64,000 nt of DNA, from contig OZ286459.1 in assembly GCA_965644265.1 (NCBI GenBank), forward strand, positions 33,108,001 through 33,172,000, read 5' to 3'. Each line of letters starts with the position of its first letter. Position 1 is the stretch's first letter. Below are positions 10,676 through 23,270 of the stretch, piece after piece. The notes beneath the pieces were generated by a model. The model saw only the letters and a program-made list of their open reading frames with translations, had not been told where the DNA came from and searched no databases. The stretch comes from Glycera tridactyla (lineage: Eukaryota). The translations under genes and the position numbers were made by a program.

Positions 10676-11321
10676 TAGCCCCTGGCTACTCACAGGTAAC
10701 AATGTAGAGCCCTGTAAGCTAACCATATCATACCCAACTTTGTCTACACACCCAAATAAAAAGTCCCTCACTGAAAGGTGAACTCGGCACAAATTAAATT
10801 CTTGCGAATCCACGTGCACGCTTACTTGAACTGTTATTTGGTCCTTAGTGATAAATGGAATTTCTGGACAGGTACCCTTCCAACATTCCCTTTGATTGAT
10901 AATGCTGCCAGTGACAGCTTTTCCAGCACAACTGAATGTTGTGTTGGTCATCAGGGGTCTCTCATTGCAGATTTCACTGAACAAATAAATGTAATATCAC
11001 AGGTAGTACTGAATAGTATTGTTAATCTGATCTGACTGAGTAACCCATCCAAGACAGTGGTCCTGCAGACTGATGCAGAACAACAATGCTGAGTAGAAAT
11101 GATTGCTTGTAACTGTCACTGATTGATGGCCTCTTGTCTGTACCTCAACATTTATCTCAGCTCAGAATATTTGATTAGATTTTGAGGCCTTGGTTTACAT
11201 TCTGTACAATCAGAGTGCCTTACCTAGTCACACACCCACACGCACATGCACGTGCATACACACACACACACACTTTTTAGATTAATTTCATGTCAGCGAC
11301 GGGCATCAGGTCCATGGAATG

Positions 11322-11440
11322 TGTCAAATGCGCAAGCCCAATTTTTGGGTTTCATACAGGGGTTTGAACTCATGACCTCAGAGTAAGGCACCTACTACTG
11401 CCATTCACACAGGCACGCACCCAAACCCACACACAGGGCA
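11322..11440 (-). mobile_element. Repeat with a tRNA-like B-box (possible SINE head fragment); second copy at ~38054-38147
   Basis: GTCAAATG..CAAG.CCAATTTT.GGGTTTCATAC.GGGGTTTGAAC..A.GAC.TC.GAGTAAGG occurs in both places; the minus strand reads GGTTCAAACCC. No cloverleaf is visible. Confidence 0.45.
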
Positions 11441-12217
11441 GATTGACTGCCATGGCAGGTAATCTTATTCTGTCTGTCTCATGAATAGCTTCTTAATCAT
11501 CATTAAGTCCATCAAAAATGCTGAAGGACAGGTGATAATGTAGCGGATGGAAGGAAAAACACCACAATACCTGCCCAATTTGCAGATGATGAACAGTGTT
11601 GAACCCTAACAGTAGAGGTGGAAATCAGTGAGATCTTCACAACCAGTCATCGGGGCTCTACATTGGTTAGAATTGTCACAAGCCAAGACTGCCCCCTGTA
11701 GGACAAATTCTAGCGGCCAAATCTAAATTTTGGTAATCAGTCAACAATGATTTAATAGAGAATTTGTTAAATTTTCCGGAGCAAGCTAGCTCCTAGCTTT
11801 GAATTTATGATAGCCAGGTTGAAAGTTGGTAGCATCTGGCTACCCACCCACAGAGAGCAACATTAAGCCAAAGAGCTTGTATAGGCTCTTTGATTAAGCG
11901 CTGACTGGGTTGCACCCTTCAGAAATAATGCCTCAACTTATTGAGCAGCTCCCAGAACACACAACTAGGCTGATCTATTTAAACTGACAACTGAGTGTCA
12001 GGTCTGATTAAACAACATTGTTGATACCATGGATTTTCTGCCAGCGCCATCGAGGATCGATAGCTCATATTTTTATCAGTGGTCGACATAGTTCAAAGTT
12101 GTCAGGCACTTTTCAACCGGTTTCCTTCAAACATACAGAGAGACCCAGAGCGACAACCACCGATGGGACATTTGAACTTTGAAGATGGTTCAACCAAAAC
12201 ACTACATACTCACCCAA

Positions 12218-12253
12218 ACACACACGCACGCACGCACGCACGCACGCACGCAT

Positions 12254-12297
<44 letters not shown>

Positions 12298-12307
12298 ACA
12301 CACACAC
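12218..12307. repeat. (GCAC)n/(CA)n compound microsatellite
   Basis: Read directly from the sequence. Confidence 0.95.
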
Positions 12308-12524
12308 CTCTATCATCCTTGATCAATCTACATGAAGCATGTATGCTCAGGTGGCGGGAGTGTGGATTCAAATGATCACACACAAGTAGGAGGCAAACAG
12401 CCCGAGTAAAAAGAATTTCATATCCAGCATCTACAATGAGATTGTGTTGATGATAGAACGTTCAGCTTCACTATTCTATTACAGACCAAGAGCAAGATGG
12501 TACAACTACTAATGTGCTCACATT

Positions 12525-12742
12525 CAGAGCTTCAGATTTTCTGACAGGTCAGTGGGCCTTTATGGCCCATGAATTAGAAAAACCATGGGCCATGTCTCAA
12601 AATGATAGGTCATCCACCATTTATCAATGCTTGAAAACGACCAAAAACCTGGGACAGTGGACCCATAATAGGTCATATGAAGGGGCCAAAAAAGCAAAAA
12701 TGTGGGCCAAGGGCCCAGGCCCACCAGAAATCTTAAGCTCTG
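12525..12742. mobile_element. CAGAGCTTCAGATT-ended MITE with a probable 6-bp target duplication
   Basis: Ends CAGAGCTTCAGATT / AATCTTAAGCTCTG. It is the reverse-complement sister of 40377-40591. Flanks CACATT / CATGTT fit an ancestral CACGTT after CpG decay. Confidence 0.8.
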
Positions 12743-12843
12743 CATGTTCGACATGAACAAGTTTGACAAATCACACTTTCTCAGCCTCCCTCCCAAGAAT
12801 TGAACCTGAAGAGTTTTTTCAGGCAGTCAGGCCAGTCTTCTTC

Positions 12844-14054
12844 AACAAGAGCACCGCAAAGCGGGGCATAATACGCCATCGCCGCGATTAGTGAGGCAGA
12901 CTTTTTTCATCTGGAATGGGATTTGACCTTTATTGCCGTGACTAGTGACACAGACTGTTTTCATCCAGAAATTGTCTGCAATAGGATTTTATCTTTTTGC
13001 ACTCGGTGACCGAGATCAAAGGTTATGACTGCGAAATCGATAGGCATCTTCCTAGACCCAAGGTGAATAGATATATACTAAGTTTCAAATCAATAACTAT
13101 GAGGCTGATATGGATAGGGCTCTTTCCTAACCCAGGTGAATACATGAACAGTTCGAAATCAATAACTTTCAAACTATTTTGAGGTTATCATGCAGATATT
13201 GTCTGGATATGCGATTTGACATTTTTGCACCTTGTGACCTTGAAATTCAAGGTCGCGACCCCGCAATCGAAAGGCTTCCTCCCAGATCCAAGGTGATTAG
13301 GTATACCAAGTGGCAAATCAATAGCTCTACAACTTTTTGAGTTATCGTCCGGAAATGGTCCAGACCAGAGATTTGACCTTTTTGCACTCAGCGACCTTGA
13401 AAATCAAGGTCGCAACCCCACAATCGGAAGGCTTCCTCCCAGACCCAAGGTAATTAGGTATACCAAGTGGCAAATCAATAGCTCTAAAACTTTTTGAGTC
13501 ATTGTCCGGAAATGGTCCGGACCAGAGATTTGACCTTTTTGCACTCAGCGACCTTGAAAATCAAGGTCGCAACCCCACAATCGGAAGGCTTTCTCCCAGA
13601 CTCAAGGTGATTAGGTATACCAAGTGGCAAATCAATAGCTCTGAAACTTTTTGAGTTATCGTCCGGAAATGGTCTGGACTAGAGATTTGACCTTTTCGGA
13701 CTCAGCGACCTTGAGAATCAAGGTCGCAACCCCACAATCGGAAGGCTTCCTCTCAGACCCAAGGTGATTAGGTTTACCAAGTGGCAAATCAATAGCTCTA
13801 CAACTTCCTGAGTTATCGTCCGGAAATGGTCCGGACCAGAGATTTGACCTTTTTGCACTCAGCGACCTTGAAAATCAAGGTCGCAACCCCAAAATCGAAA
13901 GGCTTCCTCCTAGACCCAAGGTGATTAGGTATACCGAGTGGCAAATCAATAGCTCTGAAACTTTTTGAGTTATCGTCCGGAAATGGTCCTCCGGACGGAC
14001 AGACGGACAGACGGACGGACAGCGCCATAACATAATACGCCCGATGGCGTATAA
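12844..14054 (+). mobile_element. Non-autonomous Helentron/HINE (DINE-1/pearl/DTC84-like) element carrying a tandem core array
   Basis: 5' AACAAGAG and subterminal CATAATACGCC (12867-12877), a central tandem array, a (GGAC/AGAC)n microsatellite (13991-14021), and a 3' hairpin ATACGCC-cgat-GGCGTAT (14035-14052). Confidence 0.78.
13211..13989. repeat. 157-bp satellite array, about 5 units, inside the HINE-like element
   Basis: G(A/C)GATTTGAC recurs at 13211, 13368, 13525, 13682 and 13839. Each unit carries a GCGACCTTGA-aaa-TCAAGGTCGC-type palindrome. Confidence 0.95.
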
Positions 14055-14297
14055 CAACTTGGCGAAAAATGAATTTTTGCTATCTGGCGGTAAATTTGAA
14101 AGCGTTTAAGCCAACATCAACAATGATATTGCTCAAGGTGTGGGTATTGACCAGGATCCGTTGCAACAACATGAAAACTCCTGACATCACAATTGACATC
14201 ACAAATGGCTTCATACCACGTAGATGGGTGACTGAATACGTGAAAATGAAGCAGAGGAACTGAAGAAAAAAGTGACATCTCCTGATGTGATGAAGTA

Positions 14298-14473
14298 CAG
14301 TGAAACCTGCGACAAGAGACCCCCGAAGAGAGACCACCTCTGACGGGAGACCGCTTTTCCAGGGCTGCTTTTCTATTTGACATTGTCAAATAAACCTCCG
14401 ATGAGAGACCACCTCTTTTGAGAGACCCCATTTTGGTGACATCTAGGGCGGTCTCTCTCAGCAGGTTTCACTG
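14298..14473. mobile_element. MITE family B, 176 bp
   Basis: TA-CAGTGAAACCTGC...GCAGGTTTCACTG-TA. Confidence 0.9.
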
Positions 14474-15934
14474 TAAATATTCTGTCAGATTCCAATACTG
14501 GCAAGTAAAGCGTTGCTTGACTCCTTGCATGAATTCTGGGGTTAAAACCCACTGCCGTATATAACTGCATGCTGCAGGCCTTTGTGAGAGCTCTAAAGCA
14601 CTCATATCAACCTGTATCAACCTTTCTCCAGCCAAACATGATTGTCAGGAGAAGGAATTATCCATGTATATTCTGTGAGTTGCGCTCCATAATGGAATTC
14701 GAAACATTGAAGGGACAGTTCTAACATCACTGAATAGCCCATCAAATGAGGGGAATACTGACGTTGAAAAATTTCATGAGTGTAAACATGTAATCTAGTT
14801 GCATCCTTTTTATTTGAAGCTACATGAAGGGACCAAAATATAAGATTACTGTAGAGAAATCCAACATCTGTAGGATACCTTTTTAGGGAAAGATATATTT
14901 CCATCAATATTTTTTCATGACTGTTCTGATGGGGGTTCCCAGTCACCCTCTGCGTAGGAATATCAGGGAGACAGACCGACCTCTCATGAGGCTTGCTTAT
15001 CTAATAAAGCAATGCGATATTCCGATGAAGCAAACTTCTGAAGAACCATAAAGTCCCGCATGCCCCTGCAGTATTGAAAGAGTTAAAACAAGAAGAACTC
15101 AACTTGAAATATTGTGAAAAGTGGTGGATAATAAGTCAAATAGAATTGATATCAATTTGATTATCACGTCAATTGAAATCATTTCAATACGAAAATCATG
15201 CCTGTGGAAATGACTCTGAGCTGCACCAGCCTCTACATGCATCATCAGAAGCACCAGGGGCTGCTGGGTATGTGGAGCATGGACTGTCAGTTTAGACAGG
15301 AGTTAACTGTGAAAACATTACCGGGTTGCATGAGATTGCATCACTCATTATTCCGGCACCATGTTCACCAGGTACATATTGAAACATGAAGTGCCTGGAA
15401 ACTCAGATCATTCTGCACACAATTTGAATGATCCCAGTGATACTGTGTCAGTACCTCTTCATAATCCGCTGAAGAGCGAATATCCTTCATGGTCTTCGAA
15501 CAAGGGTGTTCTTTTTAAGGGCTAGCCATTCCCCCCCCCCCTCCAGGAATCCAGGTTAGGCTTCCTGAGGGGTTGAAATGCTACCATTCATCCAGAAACA
15601 AGTGTGTTCTGTCAGGTTTGTGGGCCATACGCCCCACCACCCCTTTCGGGTCTCACACTGGGGCACTGACTCACTCAATACAATACCATTGCAGATGTAC
15701 GGACATAGATGTACCATTGTACCTGCTCAAGACCTCCTCCATACAAGTTCACATGTCTACAGGGACAACTTTGTGATGTGATCAAGGGTGGTCTCTTTAG
15801 ACAGGTTTGGCTGTATCTTCACTATTCAATATATCAAAGAACTTATGATGCAAACTGAGACTTACACATGTCTGGGGAAAATATCATCTACGGACCTTCC
15901 CTTCCAGAGTGTGAATAAAGTTTATTTCAATATA

Positions 15935-16110
15935 CAGTCGAACCTGCATTCAGCAACCGCCCTTGGGACAGTGGAAAGTGGTTGCTTAAGACAGGTGGCT
16001 GTCTAATACAGGTCAACTATAGTGAGAAATACTCTGGAGGGATTTTCAAAAGCGGTTGCTTAAGGCAGGTGGTTCCTTAATACAGGTGCCCTTTATAGCA
16101 GGTTCAACTG
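15935..16110. mobile_element. MITE family C, 176 bp, TA-flanked
   Basis: TA-CAGTCGAACCTG...CAGGTTCAACTG-TA; its GGTTGCTTAAG internal repeats are shared with 52970-53128. Confidence 0.88.
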
Positions 16111-16233
16111 TAATCAACAGACAAAATATTTGTATGACCAATCTTGTCAGACTGATTCCACCCTCTGCATGAAATTCATTTCGAATCAGTACCAACATTT
16201 TTACGTGGAAAAAAAGTATGAAAGTGAACTTAC

Positions 16234-16306
16234 TTTCAAAGTCGACGAAGATGTCGTCCTTGGTGGGAGAATCATCTCTGTAGAGGACTCGGAGAAGGTT
16301 CCCCAT
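16234..16306 (-). CDS. CYRI: First coding exon of a CYFIP-related Rac1 interactor (CYRI/FAM49) gene; whole exon 16234-16321
   Basis: Minus strand: ctttgtattgtttcag|GCTGGCTGGGGAGGC ATG GGG AAC CTT...TTT GAA A|gtaagt, giving MGNLLRVLYRDDSPTKDDIFVDFE plus 1 nt. From memory of the vertebrate proteins, this matches MGNLLKVL...FFLDFE-N of FAM49A/B, including the 73-nt phase-1 first coding exon. Confidence 0.92.
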
Positions 16307-17390
16307 GCCTCCCCAGCCAGCCTGAAACAATACAAAGTGAATTCCGGATAAGAACAATGAAAGATTACCGCAGATAACATGGCCGACTGCATTGGAGACA
16401 ATGAGACTACCCTAAATATCGCCGAAAAGCGGCCTCTCATCAGAGGTACATTTGACTAAACCAGATAGGAAAGCTGGGCAGAAAATGTGGTGGTCTCTCA
16501 TTGCAGGTTACACTGTACCAAGTCAAGCTGGATAATCAGTACTGATCTGACAGAAATCACAGACAGAATCCTGTTCTCGCTGATGCGCCGATATAACCTG
16601 ATTAGTGATAGATGCACACATGACAGGGGTTGACAGGTCGTGGGGTGAAACGGAATAATGGGGCGCAGTAATTTGATTATGTTTAGGGATGAGGAGTAAC
16701 AGCTTCTGGCATTGGCTCCAACCCTTCAACATCCATTAATGTGACAGAGTTCAAGACACACTCCAGCAGAAAGATGCAGTGAGAGACCCCTCAACAAGAG
16801 ACCACTTTCAACGGGAGACCACTTTTTCAAGGCAGCTCTTCTACTTGACATTGTCATATATACCTCGGACAAGAGACCACCTCTTTCGAGAGACCACTTT
16901 TTGGTGACATTGCGGGTGTTCCTGGTCGATGAAAGCTAGATTTCTGTCTCCTGAAGGCATCACTTACACAACCCCTGAACACAAGATGATATGGAACCTG
17001 AAAGGTTGTCGAGTGGAAGAAGCTGACAGTCCAGACACACCCCTACCTATGTGTCATGAACATAATAAACCTAAGGATAGCATAGCTAACTATGTAATTG
17101 GCTGGAAGCTGACAGATACTGAGTGAGGATTTCTCAGATGCCTATATGATAAAACTGGCATCAACTGCGAACTGGCCATGAGCACACTCAACTTTCCAGT
17201 GACCTTGGGCTAGTAAAAATTCAAAATCAGTGGGTTGGCTGCTAATCCGGTAGTTCAGCATTCATTGTTGATCAGGTTTCATACTGTAGAGTTACATCTG
17301 AACAGACAAAATGCAGAGTTGAATTCTTCCACCCAAGATTTGATGTTCTCCATACCCCATGTGCCATGTGTGCTTTTGACAATGCAAATA

Positions 17391-17569
17391 CAGTGAAACC
17401 TGCTTGAGTGTAAACCTGTGCTAGGCAAAATCCTGTCTTAAAGCACATACCCCACTGTCTGCCCGGATGGTTTTTTCTCACTATAATTGTCCTGCGCTAA
17501 GCAAAATCCTGTCTTAAGTGGAAGAAAAATTTGGTCCCGTGCCTTTTCACTTAAAGACAGATTTTACTG
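17391..17569. mobile_element. MITE family D, 179 bp, TA-flanked; related partial copy at ~29770-29906
   Basis: TA-CAGTGAAACCTG...CAGATTTTACTG-TA, with internal CAAAATCCTGTCTTAA repeats. Confidence 0.78.
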
Positions 17570-20236
17570 TATGGATAATGGCAATTTTTGTCATGATTCA
17601 ACTGAAGCAACTTCTGTTTTCTCACTAGGAATCTCAACTGATTTTTCCGATCGATGTCTAATGCTTCGTTTGTCTGATGGTAAAGCTTGAAGCCATATTA
17701 ACATCTCCATCGATTTTAGGAAGATGAAAGCTTAATTACACCTTCCAAGATATGATTACAAATTGTCACTGATGAGATCATCCAATGATAGTCTTGAATC
17801 TCAAACCGTATAGTGTCAGATATCATGCAGTTCCCCTGAATTATAACCCAGTGCATGCCGACTGGGATATCAAAGGCCAGTCACATGTATGGGAGATTAT
17901 TCCTGTATCCACTTAAACCAATAAGGTGTACAGGATGTTAGGGACCAAAAGGAAGGATTCTTGTTTGATACCATGCATGAGTGTCTCGATATAGCTCAGC
18001 TCCAGCACATGACATCCTAAGCAACTACCATCCACTATTCACATGACTTCATTACTGAAAGTATAATCCTACTATCATATATGGCAACCAGAATTTGGAT
18101 AAGTAAAGAAGATTTTGTCAATTACGATTTCAATGTCTACTTTGGTGTACGGCTCACATGACCAAATTCGGTGATATTTTGCTGTTAAAAGAGATCTTTA
18201 TTCCTCTTCATCTTCAAAAATTTCAAAATGGCGCCCAAATCCTGCGCAAATTCTCGCGATCGCGAGAGTATGATGAGATTTCGGCTGGTCTAGTTCATGA
18301 ACCATCCGTTAGATGTCGAATTTTAAATCACCTCTCTATAAAGATCACCTATAAAAGCCACTTTTTGATGCAACCGAAGGTGGTTTTTATAGAGAGGTTT
18401 GACTGTAAAGCATGTCTGAGGTGGAAGAGTAAATACCAAGAGAAGTGAGTTTCAGTATTGGTATACTTCTGTTACTGCTCTCCTCAAGTGTATCAATTAT
18501 GCTTTGGGGAAGTACCACACTATGGCTGAGCACGCCCCATTACAGCTGAGAATGTGCTCAATCTATTGTATCGATATCCAACTAACTGGCTTCAGACCAA
18601 TCAACTCTGCTCAGTCATCCTGAAAACTGATCGCCACTGCAGCGCGTGCACACACGTGTGTGTGTGGGGGGGGGGGGGGGGGGGAAGGAAGGTGTGTGCT
18701 AGTGGAGAGAGTAGACAGTCCACAAGAGCCATAGTGAAGGACTCCATAATGTTTGTAACTATGAGAGCATCTTACATAACAATGAAAGAAGAGCTGAGAA
18801 AAGTATTGTACATTACCAAGAGGTCATAGTACACAATACAGACAGAGTTAATGCACCTCGTCAATTTTGGCTGCCATGAAAAATAAAATTCCAAACTCAC
18901 AAATCTTCCCTCAGAATTACCCAATTAAGAGATGGAATATGTTCCCAAATTGTTGTCGAATTACTAATGCATATGTGTACTAAATTTCAAGAACATAGGT
19001 TCAATATTGATCGCGTGAGGCTTTGGATAAAAACATTAACTGAAGGTTTAATCTTAGACCTTCATGATGGACGGAGGGACCAACCAACCAGCAATTACGA
19101 AGACTCGCATTTGCTTCACATGTTCTCTTGTATCCTGCATGCACGATAAGAAATTTGTGTTTTATACATGTCTGGAACTTGATACACCTCAAGCAACCTT
19201 TGATACAGGAAGTATTGTCAAGTGCTATTACATCCAGCCAAGCAGTGGGATGCTGATTGTCACAGTAGAGCAGAGTAATGTATCATGTAAAATATCCATA
19301 AGCTCTGTGAGTGAGGAGTGAGATCGAATCCACAGCGGCCTGAAATGGAAATGTCACCACAGCATTCAATCTACATTAGTCATGAACTGACTATACCAGT
19401 ACAGGGTATTAGTCTCACATGCAGAAACATGGTGACTATCATCCACCTTATATTACCATCATCCTCCCTACTGGTAGGGAGAGTAAGATTTATTGTAAAC
19501 AAATGCATGGTCGAACATAGTCAGAGTGGGAAACGTCACTTTGGCACTCAATCCATATCACTCACAATTAACCAGCTACCGTGTACAAGACTGGTGTGAA
19601 AGTCTCCTTGGGCTTCTTGTCAATTCCTTGATGTAGGCCAGGCAACCTCGAGCCAGTGTCATACTGGCTCTGTCCGGCCCTGGGCACCAGGTTTGTAGGC
19701 CGAGTAGTTCTCAGTGCCAGCTTGACTCTTTCTCCACTTCTTCCAAAGGAGCACACCTCCATCCCATAATCTAGAGATACCAACCTCTGATGGATGAAAT
19801 AGTGGTAGGGCTGATTTATGAGTCCAGTTATTGAGATTAAATGATAAGAAAAATCTTGATATCATGGAGTAGCATTTCTCATGAAATGTAAGACTTGACG
19901 CCTGAAAATAGTAGCAGTTGGCCTCTCTGCACCACACAGTGTACTGGACATGCCAACTGAATCAGTGTAGAATCACAAAATCAGGGCTGTTTGAATATTG
20001 AAGGACACACATGCCCTTGTGTGGAAGCAGAGAGGATGGTGGAAGTCCCCCGTCTTCCTGCATAGATTGCCAGTTTTTGCTTTGATCATGATGGTGTTGA
20101 AACCAAAGCTCATACTTCAACCAAAACCGTTTACAAGAATGAGGAATTCTGAAAACATGGTCCTATGATCTAAACATATAGGGACTTCTGAAGGAAACAG
20201 CTTTCTATAGTAACCCGTCTCTCTCTGAAGGACACC

Positions 20237-20430
20237 CAGGGCTCTATGTTGGTTAAGATATTTTGAAGCCAGCTGGCTCCTAAGTCGAATTTTTGGTAGC
20301 CAGTCAATACATTGTCAATTACAACCTCTCAAAATTTTAGGGGCGGCTGGCTCCTAACTTTTAGATTATGGTAGCCAGAGGTTAAATTTGGTAGCCAATG
20401 GCTACCCACAGGTAGCAACATAGAGCCCTG
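20237..20430. mobile_element. MITE family E, uninterrupted, 194 bp; probably hAT-like
   Basis: 15-bp TIRs CAGGGCTCTATGTTG / CAACATAGAGCCCTG with repeated GGTAGCCA motifs; target duplication not clean. Confidence 0.85.
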
Positions 20431-22482
20431 TGACACCAGTCTACATCAACCACTTTTTGATGCATCAAAGGATGCATGGACACTGTAGACAGGAATTAAT
20501 CAATCAATCAATCAATCAATCAAATCTGAATTCAATGAGAGGATAAGTTGGTTGATATTATTGTAAACTTGAGTGGGTTTAAATCATCGACCAAATACCA
20601 CTGATTAGTGCCAGGAATAAACTCCAGCAAGAAACATAATAAATCTGTTAACAGCACTGATGATAGCTGCCTTATCATCAATTGATAGCTACCCTAGCAA
20701 CGAGATAGCATTCTCATCATCCCTCATCATCCCTCATCATCTGCGCCTCCTGCCTTCATACTGTTGCAAAGGATGAACTCCACATGTTCATCTCAGGACA
20801 TTCAATTTCTTTGCCAGGCGTGGGGGGGGGGGGGGGGGGGGCTGTATGATGTAAACTATAATTCAGGGAGGATGAATCAATGATGATTCAAAAATAGACT
20901 TCTCCATAAAGGTTCACTAGAAGTTCGAAGGAATTTCTTCAGGGGGCATCCTGCTGGCTGGAAAATCAACAATTATGAAAATGGTTCATCATTCTTGCCA
21001 CAACCATTGGGGATAAACTCTTGAATCCGATGCCATGTATCGCAGTGAAGTTTGAATAATTCCAAAGCACATGTACATGTGTCAAATATCGTTGAAAATA
21101 TATATTCAAGAGTTTTTGGTAGATTTTGGTCCATTTCTACATTATTTCCATCAGTATGGTTGTACCTGATAGAACAAATAGTGTATGACTTCTCCGACTC
21201 GGCCCTCTGCTAGCCTGCATACCGCTGGAGGGCGCAGTTATCATACTCGTGACATCACAATGCTCGGCAGCAGTGGTGGCCTGTACAAAGAAGTCAAAAG
21301 CACTGTCATCTCTGTTCGCATCTACACTGTGGCCTATCTTGGAATCCAGACCGATAATTTCATTCTGGTAAACTGAAGTGTGACAGTACATTTCATCTTC
21401 AGCGAAGAATGGTTTTTCTTGCAAAATAGAAGATGCTGTGTCCAAGATCACACACAAAGGCAGGATTTCCCTTAATAAAGTAGAGAATGGTCACAGCTTC
21501 AGTGTTTTAACAATGTATCTCAAGCTCTGATCAGATCCCTCCAAAATACTAAAGGAGTTTTGACTGCTACCAATTGGTAGCCAATGGCTAGCATATTTCA
21601 AAAGTTAGTAGCCAACAGCACTCAAGATTTTGAAATTTTGTAATTGACAATGTATTAGTTGGCCATCAACATTTGGCAATGGCAACCAAAAATATCATCT
21701 TGGTGCCAGCTTTCTCCTAAATATTTTGGCCCTGCAACTCAATTGTTTTGGTACCCAGTGTAGTGATGAGCACTTTCAGTCAGTTGTTTAGGGATGTCTC
21801 CCACCCAAATATTTCACTGAATTGCATAGGCTGTTTTTATGCTAATGCTATACCAGTGTACTATACCATCTGAGTATATATTTTTTCAAGTTTGAAGTTC
21901 GATTTTCAAAACTGAACAAACTTTGGCACATCACTACATCTGAGTGATGGAAGCATGAACTATTCTGAATTCCAGGAGGATGAAACAGCAGCTGCTATAA
22001 TCAGCAACATATGGAGAGATAATCCTCCCAGGAGATTACTGGTTACGCTAATATTTCTAGGTCAGCACTAACCATCTACCAAATAGCCAGGGGCTAAAAC
22101 TCATTCTTCTAAGAAGGTTGATTTAGGGAGCGTCATGGCCCTGGTTGTCTTCAAATAGAGACCACAATGGATCCCCTCTCCTTGGACAGATTCAACCATG
22201 GATGATGAGGAACCCAAAAGGTTGTCAAATGGAAGTAGAAGTTCAGACACATCTCTACCCATCTATCACGAACATATTGAATCTAACGATGGCATATCTA
22301 ACTAAGTAACTGGCTGGAAGGTGACACTCCAGCCTGATAGCAATGCTTTCTTTTTTAGCAAAGTGCAGAAGTTGAATTACATGCATAGGACAGTTTTATT
22401 AAATGCACTGCTGGTTTGTCAACATCAAATGTGAGTAGCTGATGGTTTGACTTATCAAACCTGAAGGAGGCATCTTAATTTA

Positions 22483-22639
22483 CAGTAAAACCTGCAATGA
22501 GATACCCGAAGAAAGACCACCTCTGATGGAGACCATTTTTTCAGGGCAGCTTTTCTATTTGACTTAGTCAAAAGAGACAATCTCTTTTGAGACCACTTCC
22601 TGTTGACATTTGGGCGGTCTCTCATCACAGGTTTCACTG
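22483..22639. mobile_element. MITE family B with an internal deletion
   Basis: TA-CAGTAAAACCTG...CAGGTTTCACTG-TA. Confidence 0.85.
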
Positions 22640-23270
22640 TAATTGGCTGGGTGCAGGTACTGAAGCCTGATAGCAATGTTTCCTTTAGACTGACCAGAGA
22701 GGGTTAACAGTGAGATGATGGTAAGTTAATGAATGCTACACATAGCACAGATCAGGATGTGTTAACGAGGTCCATCCTGACCGCCATCCGGCCTCCACCG
22801 GACTCCCTCCATCGGACTCCCTCCACCGACCTCCATTCTCACACTCCCCTGGGTCAACACGACATCCAATCATGTTACTGCACTTCATTTCATTCCTGAT
22901 GCTCCAGTGCAACAGCAAATCTCCCCCACAAAAAACATGCTGTAGTTATCCGACATCATTTCTGCAAAGATGGAGGCTATCTCAATAGCTTTCATCATTG
23001 CTAGAATGGTATATCAGAGTCTGACAATTCTCGATAAGTGTGGAAATCATGATGATATGAGCAGATCTCTGGCCTCAATCATTCAGTCTATGGCCACATT
23101 AGTAGTCACAGCATCACATGTGAGGCCCCATGGGGTCTCACTTCAGAGGTATATTTGACTATGTCGAATTTAAAAGATGCCCTAAATAACACTTCAGAGG
23201 TGGTCTCTTGTCAAGGGGTCTCTAGTGGCAAGTTTTACTGTTGTGCTATCTGCCCCCACTGCGCTGGAGG

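Larger units (their letters stand above)
10143..10714. mobile_element. CAGGGCTCT-ended MITE (family E) interrupted by two CAGT-MITE insertions
   Basis: Ends CAGGGCTCTATG / ATGTAGAGCCCTG. The sequence left after removing 10214-10390 and 10500-10675 aligns with the uninterrupted copy at 20237-20430. Confidence 0.75.

Noticed and set aside
13211-13989. CRISPR-like repeat/spacer array (also considered for AGGTGGTC repeats in MITEs)
   Set aside because: Whole units are repeated with no unique spacers, there are no cas genes, and the context is eukaryotic.
14080-14570. Cluster of 65-104-aa ORFs with recurring GGL/RGGL/ETT words (also 37500-37697, 31187-31511, 50701-51000, 51922-52251)
   Set aside because: They are translations of the MITE internal repeats, which explains their mutual similarity; none resembles a transposase.
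1-16233. Search for CYRI coding exon 2 (NAQPT...)
   Set aside because: I found no matching minus-strand exon by eye; a candidate at ~12430 (NAGYEILF...) does not match. The exon probably lies left of the window, so no further CYRI CDS is annotated.
19568-19783. 71-aa minus ORF ending ...ETFTPVLYT with a nearby acceptor-like site
   Set aside because: No recognisable family; the resemblance to BRD7/9 TPVLY is too short to support.
20237-20430. Defined target-site duplication for family E
   Set aside because: Flanks GGACACC/TGACACC match only imperfectly and the other E/F copies (10143, 28022, 45458) show none, so TSD length is left unassigned.
21137-21457. 106-aa ORF containing SRRSHTLF, reminiscent of kinesin switch I
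   Set aside because: No P-loop, no NxxSSRSH context and no other kinesin exons; the frame runs through apparent splice signals.
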